Assembly (NCBI GenBank): GCA_963850305.1
Contig: CAWKKR010000011.1
Location: forward strand, 64,001 to 128,000
Reading direction: 5' to 3'
Length of the DNA: 64,000 nt
From: an uncultured delta proteobacterium
GTDB taxonomy: Bacteria > Myxococcota_A > Polyangia > Polyangiales > Polyangiaceae
The notes beneath the pieces were generated by a model, which did no database searches, was not told where the DNA came from, and saw nothing but the letters and a program-made list of their open reading frames with translations. The position numbers and the translations under genes are program-made. Below, one piece after another: positions 14,712 to 25,222 of this stretch. Positions within the stretch are counted from its first letter, which is position 1, and the number at the start of each line of letters is the position of its first letter.

Positions 14712-16328
14712 ATGCTGACCGCCAACGACATCTCGATGCACTTCGGGGGCAAGGTCCTCTTCGACCACGTGACGGTGACGTTCAACCCTGGCGAGCGCTA
14801 CGGCCTCACCGGTCCGAACGGATGCGGCAAGTCGACGTTCATGAAGATCCTCTCGGGCGAGCTCGAACCTCAGAGCGGCTCCGTGACCGTCCGGGGGCGT
14901 CTCGGAGTCTTGAAGCAAGACCATTCGATCTACGCGAGCCGCCGGATCCTGGACGTCGTTCGCATGGGAAACCCGGTACTGTGGGCCGCACTCGAAGAGA
15001 AGGAACAACTCCTCGAACGCGAGGCGTACCTGACGGAAGAGGAGGGCATGCGCCTCGGCGAACTCGAGATGACGATCGCGGAGGAGGACGGCTACACTGC
15101 AGAGTCGGAGGCCGCCGGACTCCTCCAGGGTCTCGGCATCCCGGAGCAATTCCACGAAGAAAAGCTCGAGGTGTTGCAGGGCGGCGACCGCGTGCGCGTT
15201 CTCATCGCGCAGGCGCTCTTCGGCAACCCCGCGACGTTACTCCTCGACGAGCCGACGAACAGCCTCGATATCGCGAGCATCCGCTGGCTCGAGTCGTTCT
15301 TGCTCGCGTATCAGGGCGCGCTCGTCGTCATCAGCCACGATCGTCACTTCCTGAACGAAGTGTGCACGTGCATCGCGGACGTGGATTACGAGACGATCAT
15401 CGTCTACCCCGGAAACTACGACGACATGGTTTCCGCGAAGGCCGAGGCGCGCGGGGCACTCGAGCTCCAGAACGCGGCCAAGCAGAAGAAGGTCTCGGAG
15501 CTGCAGGAGTTCGTGCAGCGCTTCCGGGCCGGCTCCCGCGCAAGCCAGGTAAAGTCACGGGAAAAACAGGTCGAGCGCGAGAAAAAGGCGATGGCGGATC
15601 TGAAGCGGTCCAACATCGAACGCCCGTTCATCCGCTTCGAGACGGCCCGGCAGAGTGGCAAAAATGTCCTCTCCGTAGTGAGCCTCGGCAAATCCTTCGA
15701 CGAGAAGATCATCTGCAAGAACTTCAACCTGAGCCTCATGCGCGGCGACAAGATCGCACTCGTCGGCCGAAACGGTATCGGGAAAACGACGCTGCTCCGT
15801 CTGCTGAACGACGAGATCGAGCCTGACGCCGGCAAGGTCGAGTGGGGCTATGAAGCGCGCATCGGATACATGCCGCAGGAACACGCCGAGCTCATCGGGC
15901 GCTCAGAACAAACCGCGCGCGACTGGCTCCGCCAGTTCAACGACAAGGTCGACGAAGAGAATCTTCGCGCTCTCTTCGGACGGTTGCTCTTCAAGAAGGA
16001 CGAGCCTCTCAAGCCGACGAAGGTGCTCTCCGGAGGCGAGACGGTGCGCCTCTTGCTCGCGAAGCTGATGCTCTCGCAGCCGAACGTGCTCCTCCTCGAC
16101 GAACCGACGAACCACCTCGACCTGGAAGCGATCCGCTCACTCACGGAGGCGCTTGCCGTCTACGACGGCACCGCGATCTTCGTGACGCACGATCGCAACA
16201 TGGTCGATCGCGTCGCCACGCGGATCCTCGAGATGTCCGACGACGGCCTCCGCGAGCTCTCGCCCCACGAATTCCAGGAGGGCCGCTTCCTCATGAAGCA
16301 CGCCACGTACGAGAAACCCGCGGCTTGA
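14712..16328 (+). CDS. ABC-F family ATPase (YbiT-like)
   Basis: Two NBDs (GPNGCGKST, GRNGIGKTT, LLDEPTN twice), no TM segments. Confidence 0.95.
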   Translation: MLTANDISMHFGGKVLFDHVTVTFNPGERYGLTGPNGCGKSTFMKILSGELEPQSGSVTVRGRLGVLKQDHSIYASRRILDVVRMGNPVLWAALEEKEQLLEREAYLTEEEGMRLGELEMTIAEEDGYTAESEAAGLLQGLGIPEQFHEEKLEVLQGGDRVRVLIAQALFGNPATLLLDEPTNSLDIASIRWLESFLLAYQGALVVISHDRHFLNEVCTCIADVDYETIIVYPGNYDDMVSAKAEARGALELQNAAKQKKVSELQEFVQRFRAGSRASQVKSREKQVEREKKAMADLKRSNIERPFIRFETARQSGKNVLSVVSLGKSFDEKIICKNFNLSLMRGDKIALVGRNGIGKTTLLRLLNDEIEPDAGKVEWGYEARIGYMPQEHAELIGRSEQTARDWLRQFNDKVDEENLRALFGRLLFKKDEPLKPTKVLSGGETVRLLLAKLMLSQPNVLLLDEPTNHLDLEAIRSLTEALAVYDGTAIFVTHDRNMVDRVATRILEMSDDGLRELSPHEFQEGRFLMKHATYEKPAA

Positions 16329-16461
16329 GCGCCGGCGCACCCGGCCACGTCGCAGGTTTCGTCTGGTTTTTGGGGCTCTGCGCGACGAAAACCGGACCAA
16401 GGCCGTGGCCGCTCGCCCGGAGTTGACGAATCGCGCGGTCTACTTCAGATAACGGAGCGTC

Positions 16462-17646
16462 ATGATTCCGACGTTCGGACAGCTGAGCGCCCTCGGTTTG
16501 CTGCTGGTCGTCGTCGTCGCGGCCTACGCGCGGGGCCGCTTCTACGCGACGTTCGCGGGCGTCGTACTCGGCATTCACACCCTAGTCTCGGTGGCGCTCG
16601 CGCCGTACTTCGCTTGGACGCATCCCCTCTATGGGTGTCTCCAGGCGGCCGTGTACCTGCACTTCCTCTCGCTGGTGCGCCCGCGGCTCCGGCCGTTCGC
16701 GTATCGGGCGGTCGTGAGCATCCCGGCGTCGTGGTTCGCCGCGGGCACGCTGCTCGCATTCCCCTGGGCCATCGCTGCCGGCCTCGGCTTCCATCCCTTC
16801 GCGCCCTGGTTACCCTACGCGATTGCACTGGCCGGGATGATCGACACGCTGTCCGCACGTGAAGAGGACGTGGACGTCGTGCTGGACGGAGCTTCGATCC
16901 CGGAACTGCAGCGAACTCCCCGCGGCAACGCACGCTCGGTGCGACCGCTCCGGATCGTCCAGATCACGGACCCGCATCTCGGTCCGTTCATGTCCGTCCG
17001 CAGGCTTCGCAAGATCTGCGAGCGCGCGGTCGCGAAGAACCCCGATCTGGTGCTCCTGACGGGAGACTTTCTCACCATGGAATCGCAGGGCGATCCGCGT
17101 TACCTCGCGGACGCGCTCGAGCCGCTTCGAGCCATGGCCGGGCGCGTCCTCGCGTGCCGGGGTAACCACGATCTGGAGGTGCCGGACGTCGTGGCGCGCG
17201 CGTGTGAGTCCGCGTCGGTGCGCTTGCTGATCGACGAGTCCGTGCGAGTCGAGACGGGAGCCGGAACAGTCGAGGTGCTCGGTGTCGATTTTCGGTTTCG
17301 AGACCGCGAAGCTCACCTTGCCGAGGTGTTCGCGATGCACCCGCGGCGCGAAGGAGAGCTCCGGATCGCGATGCTCCATGACCCGGGCGCGTTCAAGTAC
17401 GTCCCCGACGGCGGCGCCAATCTCGTTCTCAGCGGACATACGCACGGCGGACAACTCGGGCTGCTCTGGCTCGGGCTGGAGGCGACCATCGTGTCCGCGC
17501 TGACATCCCTTCCGGATCACGGTTTCTGGGCGCTCGGCTCGAACCGGCTCTATGTGCATCGCGGCACGGGGCACTACGGATTCCCGCTTCGGGTCGGTGT
17601 CCCGTCGGAGCACAGCGTGCTGTCGGTGCATCACGTGCTCGACTGA
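16462..17646 (+). CDS. Membrane-anchored metallophosphoesterase (YkuE-like)
   Basis: DPH, TGDF, GNHD, SGHTHGGQ motifs after N-terminal TM helices. Confidence 0.92.
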   Translation: MIPTFGQLSALGLLLVVVVAAYARGRFYATFAGVVLGIHTLVSVALAPYFAWTHPLYGCLQAAVYLHFLSLVRPRLRPFAYRAVVSIPASWFAAGTLLAFPWAIAAGLGFHPFAPWLPYAIALAGMIDTLSAREEDVDVVLDGASIPELQRTPRGNARSVRPLRIVQITDPHLGPFMSVRRLRKICERAVAKNPDLVLLTGDFLTMESQGDPRYLADALEPLRAMAGRVLACRGNHDLEVPDVVARACESASVRLLIDESVRVETGAGTVEVLGVDFRFRDREAHLAEVFAMHPRREGELRIAMLHDPGAFKYVPDGGANLVLSGHTHGGQLGLLWLGLEATIVSALTSLPDHGFWALGSNRLYVHRGTGHYGFPLRVGVPSEHSVLSVHHVLD

Positions 17647-17728
17647 AGGCGCTGTCCGGACGCCTTGACGGATCGGACACGCGGGAGCAAAAGCTCAGAC
17701 CGATTTGGCCTGGCTCCACGTACCCTCG

Positions 17729-19327
17729 ATGGTTCGACTCGGTTCGAGCCTCGCCGTCGGAGCGCTCGTAGCCGGGTGCGCTGCGGCGCCGAAGCCGAGG
17801 CCCGCTTCTCCGCGCGCCGCTCGAGCGCCGTCACCCTCCCCGCCGCCGCCCGTGCCGGGAAAGACGCCGATCGCACCGGTTCCGTCGTCCGCGCCCGCCG
17901 CACCCGCCTCGCCGGCGACGCCGGTCGAGGCGAGCGGGCCGCCCCTCGGCGCCGCCTGGGGAACCGCAAATCCGGCCATTCTGGTGGCCGCTTCTCCGGA
18001 GCGGCGCTGGCTCGCCGTGTGTCAGGCGCGGCGTGACACGAACGGCGACGGCGTGGTCCGGGTCGACGTCGGACCACAGGGCGAGCTCCGGGGGGACCAG
18101 CTCGACGGCTTCTTCCTGGAAGGACCGGGCGACGGGTTCCGCATCGACGCGTTCGGCGGGAGCGACCCGACGGGGCGCTTCGTCGCGCTGGTTCGCGATG
18201 GGCAACTCGTCCTTTACGATTCGACGACGCACTCCGAGGTCACGCTTGGACCGGACGCCGACACCCGCGACGACCTTGGCTCCTTCGTTCACCCGCGCGC
18301 GGTCGCGTTCGACCCGACGGGTCGCCGCTTGCTCTATCTACGCAGATCCGGCCCGTTCGATCGCATCGTCGTTCGATATCTCACCCTTCCTAACGAAGTA
18401 TCGGTCGACCCTGGAGACGGTGAGTTGTGGCGAGCAGACTTCGATCCATCGGGCGACTGGGTCATTGCTCGCGTCATCACCACGGACACGAATCACGATG
18501 GGCGGCTCGACTGGACGGTGAAGGAAGCGCCGGCACCATGGATGCGTTGCCAGGGGCCCTTGCCCCGGTACGCCGTCTGGGAACGTCCCGGCGACGAGTC
18601 CGAAGCGCGCGTGGCGAAAGCGACGGGGGGCGACGCGATCGTCGCGCCCGGGCTCGTGATGCCGTTCGGCGACACGCTCCTCGAACGCGATCCGGACGGA
18701 ACGCTCGCGCGAGTCGAGCCCGACGGCAAACGCAGCGTGCTCGCCGTCAAGACCTGCGAGGCACGCCTTCTCCACGTGGACGGAGGGCGGGGCACCGCGT
18801 TAATCACGTGCCTGGATAAGAAGAAGCGCCACGGAGTGTCCTTCGTGGACCGCACGGGCGTGCGACCTTTGCCGATCACGCTGACGGTCGCGGTCGGCGA
18901 TCACTTCGTCGAGGGATCGCCTCGTCTGATCGCGCTTCAGCCCGGCTCCAGCGCGGTGCTCGTCGACATGGACCATGGAACCATCGACGGGCTCGACGAT
19001 GGGGATCGCATCCTCGCCACGCGGGGAGCGCGGGCGCTCGTGCTCCGCGGGCGCCACCTCGTCCTGCACGAGTCCGGGGGGCTCGAGCGAGCGATTACAG
19101 GAGACCTTGTGCCGCTCGGTCACACGCTTTGGAGCAACGACACGTTCTTCGTGCCGCCGCTCGTCGTGAATCTCGATGAAGGTGTGCTTCTGGGTACGTC
19201 GCAGGCTCGCGCGATCGCCGTATCCAGGGACGGAGCGTTGCTGGTACCCGAGAAGGCCGCAGACGCCCGTCGCCTCGCATCGGGACCATTCCGGTGGGTA
19301 GCGTCGGAGGCCGTGCCTCCCAGGTGA
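17729..19327 (+). CDS. Hypothetical lipoprotein, probable beta-propeller
   Basis: Lipobox VAGC, Pro-rich linker, DTNGDG/DTNHDG Ca-binding-like motifs, 'FDP.G' repeats. Confidence 0.7.
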   Translation: MVRLGSSLAVGALVAGCAAAPKPRPASPRAARAPSPSPPPPVPGKTPIAPVPSSAPAAPASPATPVEASGPPLGAAWGTANPAILVAASPERRWLAVCQARRDTNGDGVVRVDVGPQGELRGDQLDGFFLEGPGDGFRIDAFGGSDPTGRFVALVRDGQLVLYDSTTHSEVTLGPDADTRDDLGSFVHPRAVAFDPTGRRLLYLRRSGPFDRIVVRYLTLPNEVSVDPGDGELWRADFDPSGDWVIARVITTDTNHDGRLDWTVKEAPAPWMRCQGPLPRYAVWERPGDESEARVAKATGGDAIVAPGLVMPFGDTLLERDPDGTLARVEPDGKRSVLAVKTCEARLLHVDGGRGTALITCLDKKKRHGVSFVDRTGVRPLPITLTVAVGDHFVEGSPRLIALQPGSSAVLVDMDHGTIDGLDDGDRILATRGARALVLRGRHLVLHESGGLERAITGDLVPLGHTLWSNDTFFVPPLVVNLDEGVLLGTSQARAIAVSRDGALLVPEKAADARRLASGPFRWVASEAVPPR

Positions 19328-19427
19328 AACCAAGATGCAGCCATCGAAGTCGACGTCGCAGCGCGCCTCTGGAGCCTTCCTTTCGTGATCGCGCCTCGCA
19401 CGGTTTCGCGGATGTTTCCGAGCTGCG

Positions 19428-19449
19428 TTGAATTACTCTATAATTTCAA
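19428..19449. promoter_or_regulatory. AT-rich imperfect palindrome, candidate regulator site
   Basis: TTGAATTA-ctcta-TAATTTCAA in an AT-rich island about 50 bp upstream of the 19498 start. Confidence 0.45.
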
Positions 19450-19497
19450 GTATTTATATGCTTGCGTGGACAGGTAAATCCTTAGGTATTGGAGGCG

Positions 19498-21522
19498 ATG
19501 GACGTCTCGCCTGCCGCCCCCGCACCCCCCGACTCGACGCGAGGCCCGCTGGGTGGGAAGCGAATTGCGTTGTCGTCTTCACCTGGCGCGGACGCCCTGT
19601 CGACGTTGCTCGAGAACGCGGGAGCGCGGGTTCTCAGGTTCGAGCTGGCGCGGCCGCCCGACGAGCGCGAGCTGGAGCGCTGGCTCGGCGCGCTGACGCG
19701 GGGCGAGTTCGACGACATCGTCTTCTTCACGGCGCAGGGCGTTCGTTTGCTGTACGAGATGGCCCGGCAACTCGGGCGCGAAGGGGCGGCCCTCGAGGCG
19801 CTGCGAGCGACCCGACTGATCGCGGATGGCAGCCGCACGGCGCGGGCACTCGCGGAGCTCGGGTTGCGCGCGACGGCACGGGCCACCGGAACGATCACGC
19901 TGCAGGAAACCGTGATGTCCCTTGGCGTCTCGGGGCGCGTGGTGGCCCTCCAACCCCGAAGCTCCCCGGAGGACCTGGAGCTCGCGCGCGAACTCCAGCG
20001 AGCGGGTGCGACGGTTCACATCACGACCCGCGCGGACATGCCGGACACGGCCGCCGACGACATCGTGCACCGGATGCTCGACGCTAGCGTGGACTCGGTC
20101 GTGCTATTCGATGCAGAGCAGGTCGCGTGGGTATGGGACGCGGCCCTTTCCACCGGTCGAACCGGCGCGCTTCGCGATGCGTTGGGAAAGATGTGCATCG
20201 TCGCCAGCGAGTCTGCGACCGACGCGCTCCGCGATCTCGGCGTGCGTGCGCAGGCCGTGCCCTCCCGAATGCTGCACGGCCAGGCCAGCATCGAAGACGC
20301 CGTGGCGCTCTTCACGCCACCGAAGCGACGAAGCGCGTCGCGCACCGACGCCGGCCGCATCGTCGTGGTTGGCCGTTCGGCGGCCGCGGACGCTTTCTGT
20401 GAACGGCTCGGAGAACTCGACGAGGCAGGTGCGTTTCAGCTGACGACGCTGGCAGAAGATCGGGTGACGGGGCTCGACTGCGAGCGGCAGGTCGTACACG
20501 AGGCTTCTGGAGGGTCGGTCTCGTACGATCTGCTCGTGCTGGCACCGGGCACGACCAGCGTCGCACCCACCTTGCCCGGCACCGATCGGGAGGGAGTCGC
20601 AATTCACGAGTCACGACCGGATCTCTCAGCACTGGGCGAGCGCGCACGGACGGCCCGCGCCGTGGTCATCGTCGGGACCGGCGCGGCGGCCCTGGAGGTC
20701 GCGGAAGCAGTTCACTCGGACGGGAACGTGACTCAGCTCGTCGAGAGCGGGCCTCATCTGCTTCCCGGAACGCTCGATCCCGGAGGCGCCGCGCTTCTCG
20801 AGCGGATGCTCGAGAAGCGCGGACTGACCGTCCATCTCGGAAAGACGGCCGTTCGAATCACCGGAGACCAGCGAGTCACTGGACTCCGTTTGAACGACGG
20901 CACGAAGCTCGACGCCGATTTCGTCGTTCTCATCGCGGCGGCGCGGCCGAACCACGAGCTCGCCGAAGACGCCGGGCTGGACGTCGCGGACGGTGGAAGC
21001 CTCGTCGTGGACGACGAGTTTCGAACCAGCGACGCCCATGTTTATGCGCTTGGACCGGGTGTCACCTGCCGTGTCGACGGGTTGGTGACGCCTCGTACCG
21101 ATGAGGAGGCCGCAGCGCGTGCCCTCGCAGAGCGCATCGCAACCGACTCCGGCGCTCATGCCTTTCGTGCGGCAGCCTCGTCCAGGCGAAGAATCTTTGG
21201 CATCGATGTGGCAGCCCTGGGAGACCCGATCGCGGAGCGCCGGACCGGACGTTCCCTCGTCCTTTTTGACGCGACGCGCGGAACGTACAAGAAGCTCGCC
21301 CTCTCGGAGGACGGGGCGCGCCTGGTCGGCGCGGTGCTCGTCGGCGAGGTCGACGACCACGCGGAGCTGCTGTCCGTGTATCGGGATGGCCAGCTTGCGG
21401 AGTCAGTACAGCACGGGACGAATGGCCATGCCGCAGGGGCGCGGTCGAGCGGATTGATCGGCGCGATCCTCGTCGCGGACGATCGGGTCCGAATTCTGCC
21501 CAGCGGACACGTCATTCCGTGA
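19498..21522 (+). CDS. Uroporphyrinogen-III synthase (HemD)-like domain fused to a NirB/rubredoxin-reductase-like flavoprotein region
   Basis: N-terminal 'PLGGKRIAL..LLENAGA..FDDIVFFTAQGV'; C-terminal 'YDLLVLAPG', 'RPNHELAEDAGL', 'VDDEFRTSDAHVYALG', 'YKKL..RLVGAVLVG'; RBS ggagg. Confidence 0.75.
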   Translation: MDVSPAAPAPPDSTRGPLGGKRIALSSSPGADALSTLLENAGARVLRFELARPPDERELERWLGALTRGEFDDIVFFTAQGVRLLYEMARQLGREGAALEALRATRLIADGSRTARALAELGLRATARATGTITLQETVMSLGVSGRVVALQPRSSPEDLELARELQRAGATVHITTRADMPDTAADDIVHRMLDASVDSVVLFDAEQVAWVWDAALSTGRTGALRDALGKMCIVASESATDALRDLGVRAQAVPSRMLHGQASIEDAVALFTPPKRRSASRTDAGRIVVVGRSAAADAFCERLGELDEAGAFQLTTLAEDRVTGLDCERQVVHEASGGSVSYDLLVLAPGTTSVAPTLPGTDREGVAIHESRPDLSALGERARTARAVVIVGTGAAALEVAEAVHSDGNVTQLVESGPHLLPGTLDPGGAALLERMLEKRGLTVHLGKTAVRITGDQRVTGLRLNDGTKLDADFVVLIAAARPNHELAEDAGLDVADGGSLVVDDEFRTSDAHVYALGPGVTCRVDGLVTPRTDEEAAARALAERIATDSGAHAFRAAASSRRRIFGIDVAALGDPIAERRTGRSLVLFDATRGTYKKLALSEDGARLVGAVLVGEVDDHAELLSVYRDGQLAESVQHGTNGHAAGARSSGLIGAILVADDRVRILPSGHVIP

Positions 21523-21645
21523 CGCGTCGCGCTCGACGCGGGCGCGTCTCGTGCCAGGGACGACCGTGTTCTGACGCGGACCGTCGCGAAGAGCCCTCGT
21601 CCGCGATTTGTGCGCCTCGCGATCGGGCGGTAAGATTCCGAAACA

Positions 21646-21891
21646 ATGCCGACACGAAGCCCACTCAAGCCCGCAGAAGCCGAAAGCATCGTCACCGAGT
21701 TACGGGAAGAGCATGGGCTCGGACAAAAGTATCGGCTGAAGGTCGAAGCTGCGCAGCGAGGGTGGCACGTGCAGGATCAGCAGGGTCGAGTCGAGTCGGT
21801 GCCGCCGATGCCCGCCGGCGAGTGGCGCGAATATCTGGAAGAGCGCTTCATCGAAGCCATCACCCAGCACGACGAGACATCGGAAGCATAG
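21646..21891 (+). CDS. Small hypothetical protein
   Basis: 81-aa ORF with protein-like composition filling an intergenic gap. Confidence 0.5.
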   Translation: MPTRSPLKPAEAESIVTELREEHGLGQKYRLKVEAAQRGWHVQDQQGRVESVPPMPAGEWREYLEERFIEAITQHDETSEA

Positions 21892-22017
21892 CCGCCTCGA
21901 TGGTCACGGGTCCGCGTTCGAGGTGCAGCGTGGGTCGAGAGATGCCGAAGGCCAATGACCCCAGCATCGGGCAAGTGCCGCGACCATGCCTGCCGCGCAG
22001 GCGCCGTTACCAATGTT

Positions 22018-22875
22018 TCAGGGCAGCTCGAACCGAAAGCGGATTCGTTCGGCGAGATCGCAGGCGATCCCGCCCGGGCGTCCGTTGCCGACCGCGCGCT
22101 CGTCGAGCGAGACCACCGGCATCACCAGCTGCGACGTGGAACAGATGAAGACCTCGTCGGCAGCGGCGACGCGGTCGAGCGAAATCAGCTCGCCCCGAAC
22201 GTCGATACCTGCCTCCCGGGCGCACTCGACTACGAAAGGACGCATCGTACCGGGCAACAGGTCGCTCGATTGCGCGGGCGTCTTGAGCTCACCGCGCTCC
22301 ACGATGAAGACGTTGCTCGACGCGCCTTCGTGGACGACTCCGGACGCGCCGACCAGGAGCGCTTCGTCGGCGTTCCTCCGCTTGGCCTCCCGCTTGGCAA
22401 GGATCGCGGGCAGGAGCATCGTGGTCTTCAAGTCGCGACGCGACCAGCGAATGTCGGGTGTGGAGATGGCTCGAATGCCCCGAGCGACGTCGGCAGCCGT
22501 CGGGAACGTGAAGGGAGTCACGTAAGTGAAGAACGTCGGATGGGGCGCGACCTCGGGGAGATGCGTCCGCGGAGTGGCACCCCCGGTGACCTGCGCGTAG
22601 AGCAGGGCCTGTTCGACGCCTTCGTCCGCGATCAGAGCCGCGACGATCCGCTGCCAGTCCATGAGCTCGGGAACGCCGGATTCCAGCCCGAGCTCTTTCG
22701 CCGCATTGCGCATACGGGTCACGTGCGCTTCGAGAAGGCGCGGCACGCCGCGCGTGATCGACGTTACCTCGTACAGGCTTTCCCCGAACTCTAGCCCGCG
22801 ATCGTCGAGAGGGATCCTGGCTTCCTCGAACGGAACGAACCGATCGTCCAACCACGCGCGCTTCGGAACGGCCAT
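22018..22875 (-). CDS. Class IV aminotransferase (D-amino-acid aminotransferase-like)
   Basis: DRGLEFGESLYE, DIRW..RDLKTT, EGASSNVF, LPGTMR, ADEVFICST. Confidence 0.92.
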   Translation of the reverse strand: MAVPKRAWLDDRFVPFEEARIPLDDRGLEFGESLYEVTSITRGVPRLLEAHVTRMRNAAKELGLESGVPELMDWQRIVAALIADEGVEQALLYAQVTGGATPRTHLPEVAPHPTFFTYVTPFTFPTAADVARGIRAISTPDIRWSRRDLKTTMLLPAILAKREAKRRNADEALLVGASGVVHEGASSNVFIVERGELKTPAQSSDLLPGTMRPFVVECAREAGIDVRGELISLDRVAAADEVFICSTSQLVMPVVSLDERAVGNGRPGGIACDLAERIRFRFELP

Positions 22876-22885
22876 TCTTCGAGAG

Positions 22886-24991
22886 CTATTGTACCGGCGG
22901 TGGCAAAACGCCCTTTTTGACGGCGGCCGGGCAGCCGCGATCGACCCCGGTGGGGCCGTCCTCGGTCTTCACGACCTTGAACTCGACTCGGCGATTCTTG
23001 TCCCACGCGGCCATGTTGTGGCCCGGGTCGACCGGGCAATATTCACCATAGCCCTGAGAGACGAGACGCTGGCGTTCGACGCCCCGCTGGACCATGGCCT
23101 CCACGACCGAACGTGCCCGATCCTGGGTGAGCTTCAGGTTGAACTCATCGTTCGAACGCTCGTCCGCGTGTCCGGCGACTTCGACGACCAGAAACTCTGG
23201 ATGGTGCTTGAGGGTCGTGGAGACTGCATCGATGATCGGGAAGGACTCGGGGAGGATTTCTGCGCTCCCGGTCTGGAACAGCACCTTGTCCATGATGAGA
23301 ATGTCGCTGCCCTCGATGATGACTTTGCCCTTGTCGGGACACCCGTCCTCATCTTCGAAGCCGTTGTAGGTCTCCGGATCGTTCGGACACTTGTCCGAGA
23401 CATCGGGGATCTGGTCGTGATCGTTGTCGGGGTCGGGGCAACCGTCCGTATCCTCGAAGCCGTCCTTGTCCTCGGGGTCGTTCGGACACTGGTCGACCTT
23501 GTCCGGAATGCCGTCCTTGTCGTTGTCGGGATCCGGGCAGCCGTCCGTGTCCTCGAAGCCGTCGCGATCTTCGGGGTTGTCGGGACACTTGTCGTGAGAG
23601 TCGAGGATGCCGTCGCCGTCGCGATCGCCGTCGGACGTCTCGGGGCAACCATCCTGGTCCTCGTCGCCGTCGAAATCTTCGGGAATGTTCGGGCAGCGAT
23701 CCCTGACGTCGGGGATGCCGTCGTTGTCGTTGTCCGGATCGGGGCAGCCGTCCTCGTCCTTGAAACCGTCGAAATCCTCCGGCTCGTCAGGGCACTTGTC
23801 TTCGTCGTCCTTGTAACCGTCCCCGTCACGATCGCCGATCGAGGGCTCGAAAACGAACCCGAGCAAGAGCCGCACGTCCGCTGCCTCGAAGCCTGTACTG
23901 AAGGCGCGCGAGCCCGCACCCATCATGAGGTAGCTGTTGTTCTCCACGAAGAGCTTGATGCCGCCGACGATCTCTTCCGAAAGCTTCTGCGCGGAGTCGG
24001 AATTGGCGTCGAGCAGATACGTCCCATAGGTCTCGCCGACCAAATCCAGATCGTCGAGAGCGCGCCAGGCGAAGCCAGCCTGGAACGTCCCGAGATTGCC
24101 GTTTTCGAATGCGCCCTCCTTCAGCTCGTTCCGCCCGAACTGGTCCATGCCAAACTGCGCGTTCGAGCCCGTGTGCCCCCGAAAACCCACGTTCAGGCCG
24201 AGCTTGAATCGCCCCGTTGCGCCGAATCGCTTTTCGCCGATGAGCTGAGGCCAGAACCACGCGCCCGGATCCGCCCCGAGGTTGTTCTTCGCGCTCCCGA
24301 TGGGAACGCCTACCTGGATCAGGGCGGCGAGCCCGATCCCCTTCTCGACGCGCGTGAGGCGCACCTTGCCGTGGAGCGCGATGGTGCTGAACCCCTGCGT
24401 GTCGAGCTGTGCCGTGTTGTACTGCCCGCCCGTCGGCCCGACGTCGAAGGCCGGATCGCCCGACATGAGCACGACGGGCACCGTCAGGCCCACCACCGCG
24501 AGGTTCGCGATGCCGTAGTTGAAGCCGAACGTGCCTTGAAACGAGTCTTTCACGAGCGCATTGACGCCCGTGCCGCCCTTCTTCCCGTCGATGAACTTGC
24601 AGTTTTGATAACTGCAATTCACCTGCTCCATGATGGGCGTCCCATCGGCGGCGGTTTCGACCTTCCCAGTGGTCGGGTCGATCGTGGGCTGCGTCGTCTG
24701 GGGAACGGCGCTGTTGCTCGTGCGAAGGATGTTCCGGCCGTAATCGAGGATGAGTCCGAAGCTCGTGTCCCCCGCGCCGAGAATGTCGGACCCGTTGACG
24801 GAGAAGAACCCCTTCGAATCCACGGCGGGGCGAAACAGATGCGTGTCGGCACCCTGATTCACTCCGGACGGCGTTCGATCGGTATAACCCGTCAGCTGCT
24901 GCTGTGCGCCGGCGGTGGCTGACGCTGCGGCGATCGAAAGGGCGCACCCTGCCCCGTGAATCTTCGACCAGCGCCGCGACATCTTCGCCAT
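22886..24991 (-). CDS. OmpA-family protein with OM beta-barrel and thrombospondin type 3 repeats (TraB-like architecture)
   Basis: Signal peptide; amphipathic strands; about 7 'D.D.DGI.D..D.CP..PED.DGFED.DGCP' repeats; OmpA-C 'GHAD..N..L...RA..V..GYGE..P..NRRVEF'. Confidence 0.92.
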   Translation of the reverse strand: MAKMSRRWSKIHGAGCALSIAAASATAGAQQQLTGYTDRTPSGVNQGADTHLFRPAVDSKGFFSVNGSDILGAGDTSFGLILDYGRNILRTSNSAVPQTTQPTIDPTTGKVETAADGTPIMEQVNCSYQNCKFIDGKKGGTGVNALVKDSFQGTFGFNYGIANLAVVGLTVPVVLMSGDPAFDVGPTGGQYNTAQLDTQGFSTIALHGKVRLTRVEKGIGLAALIQVGVPIGSAKNNLGADPGAWFWPQLIGEKRFGATGRFKLGLNVGFRGHTGSNAQFGMDQFGRNELKEGAFENGNLGTFQAGFAWRALDDLDLVGETYGTYLLDANSDSAQKLSEEIVGGIKLFVENNSYLMMGAGSRAFSTGFEAADVRLLLGFVFEPSIGDRDGDGYKDDEDKCPDEPEDFDGFKDEDGCPDPDNDNDGIPDVRDRCPNIPEDFDGDEDQDGCPETSDGDRDGDGILDSHDKCPDNPEDRDGFEDTDGCPDPDNDKDGIPDKVDQCPNDPEDKDGFEDTDGCPDPDNDHDQIPDVSDKCPNDPETYNGFEDEDGCPDKGKVIIEGSDILIMDKVLFQTGSAEILPESFPIIDAVSTTLKHHPEFLVVEVAGHADERSNDEFNLKLTQDRARSVVEAMVQRGVERQRLVSQGYGEYCPVDPGHNMAAWDKNRRVEFKVVKTEDGPTGVDRGCPAAVKKGVLPPPVQ

Positions 24992-25222
24992 CGGTGAAGC
25001 TCCCGTCTCGGAAATCCGCGAAAAGTACGGCCTTGTATAAGGTTTCACGGTATCACCCCCTAAAATCCCCTGTCAACGCGAGTTCCTTCTTCCTGAAGTG
25101 TCTCATGGAGGCGATCTCTTCCGAGACGGCCCAGCCACGCTTCTCGCTCCGCATCGACGACAGCATCTCGACGACGCCGTCGTCTCCGAAGAATCAACGA
25201 GGCGCGGAACTACGCGAGCGCA

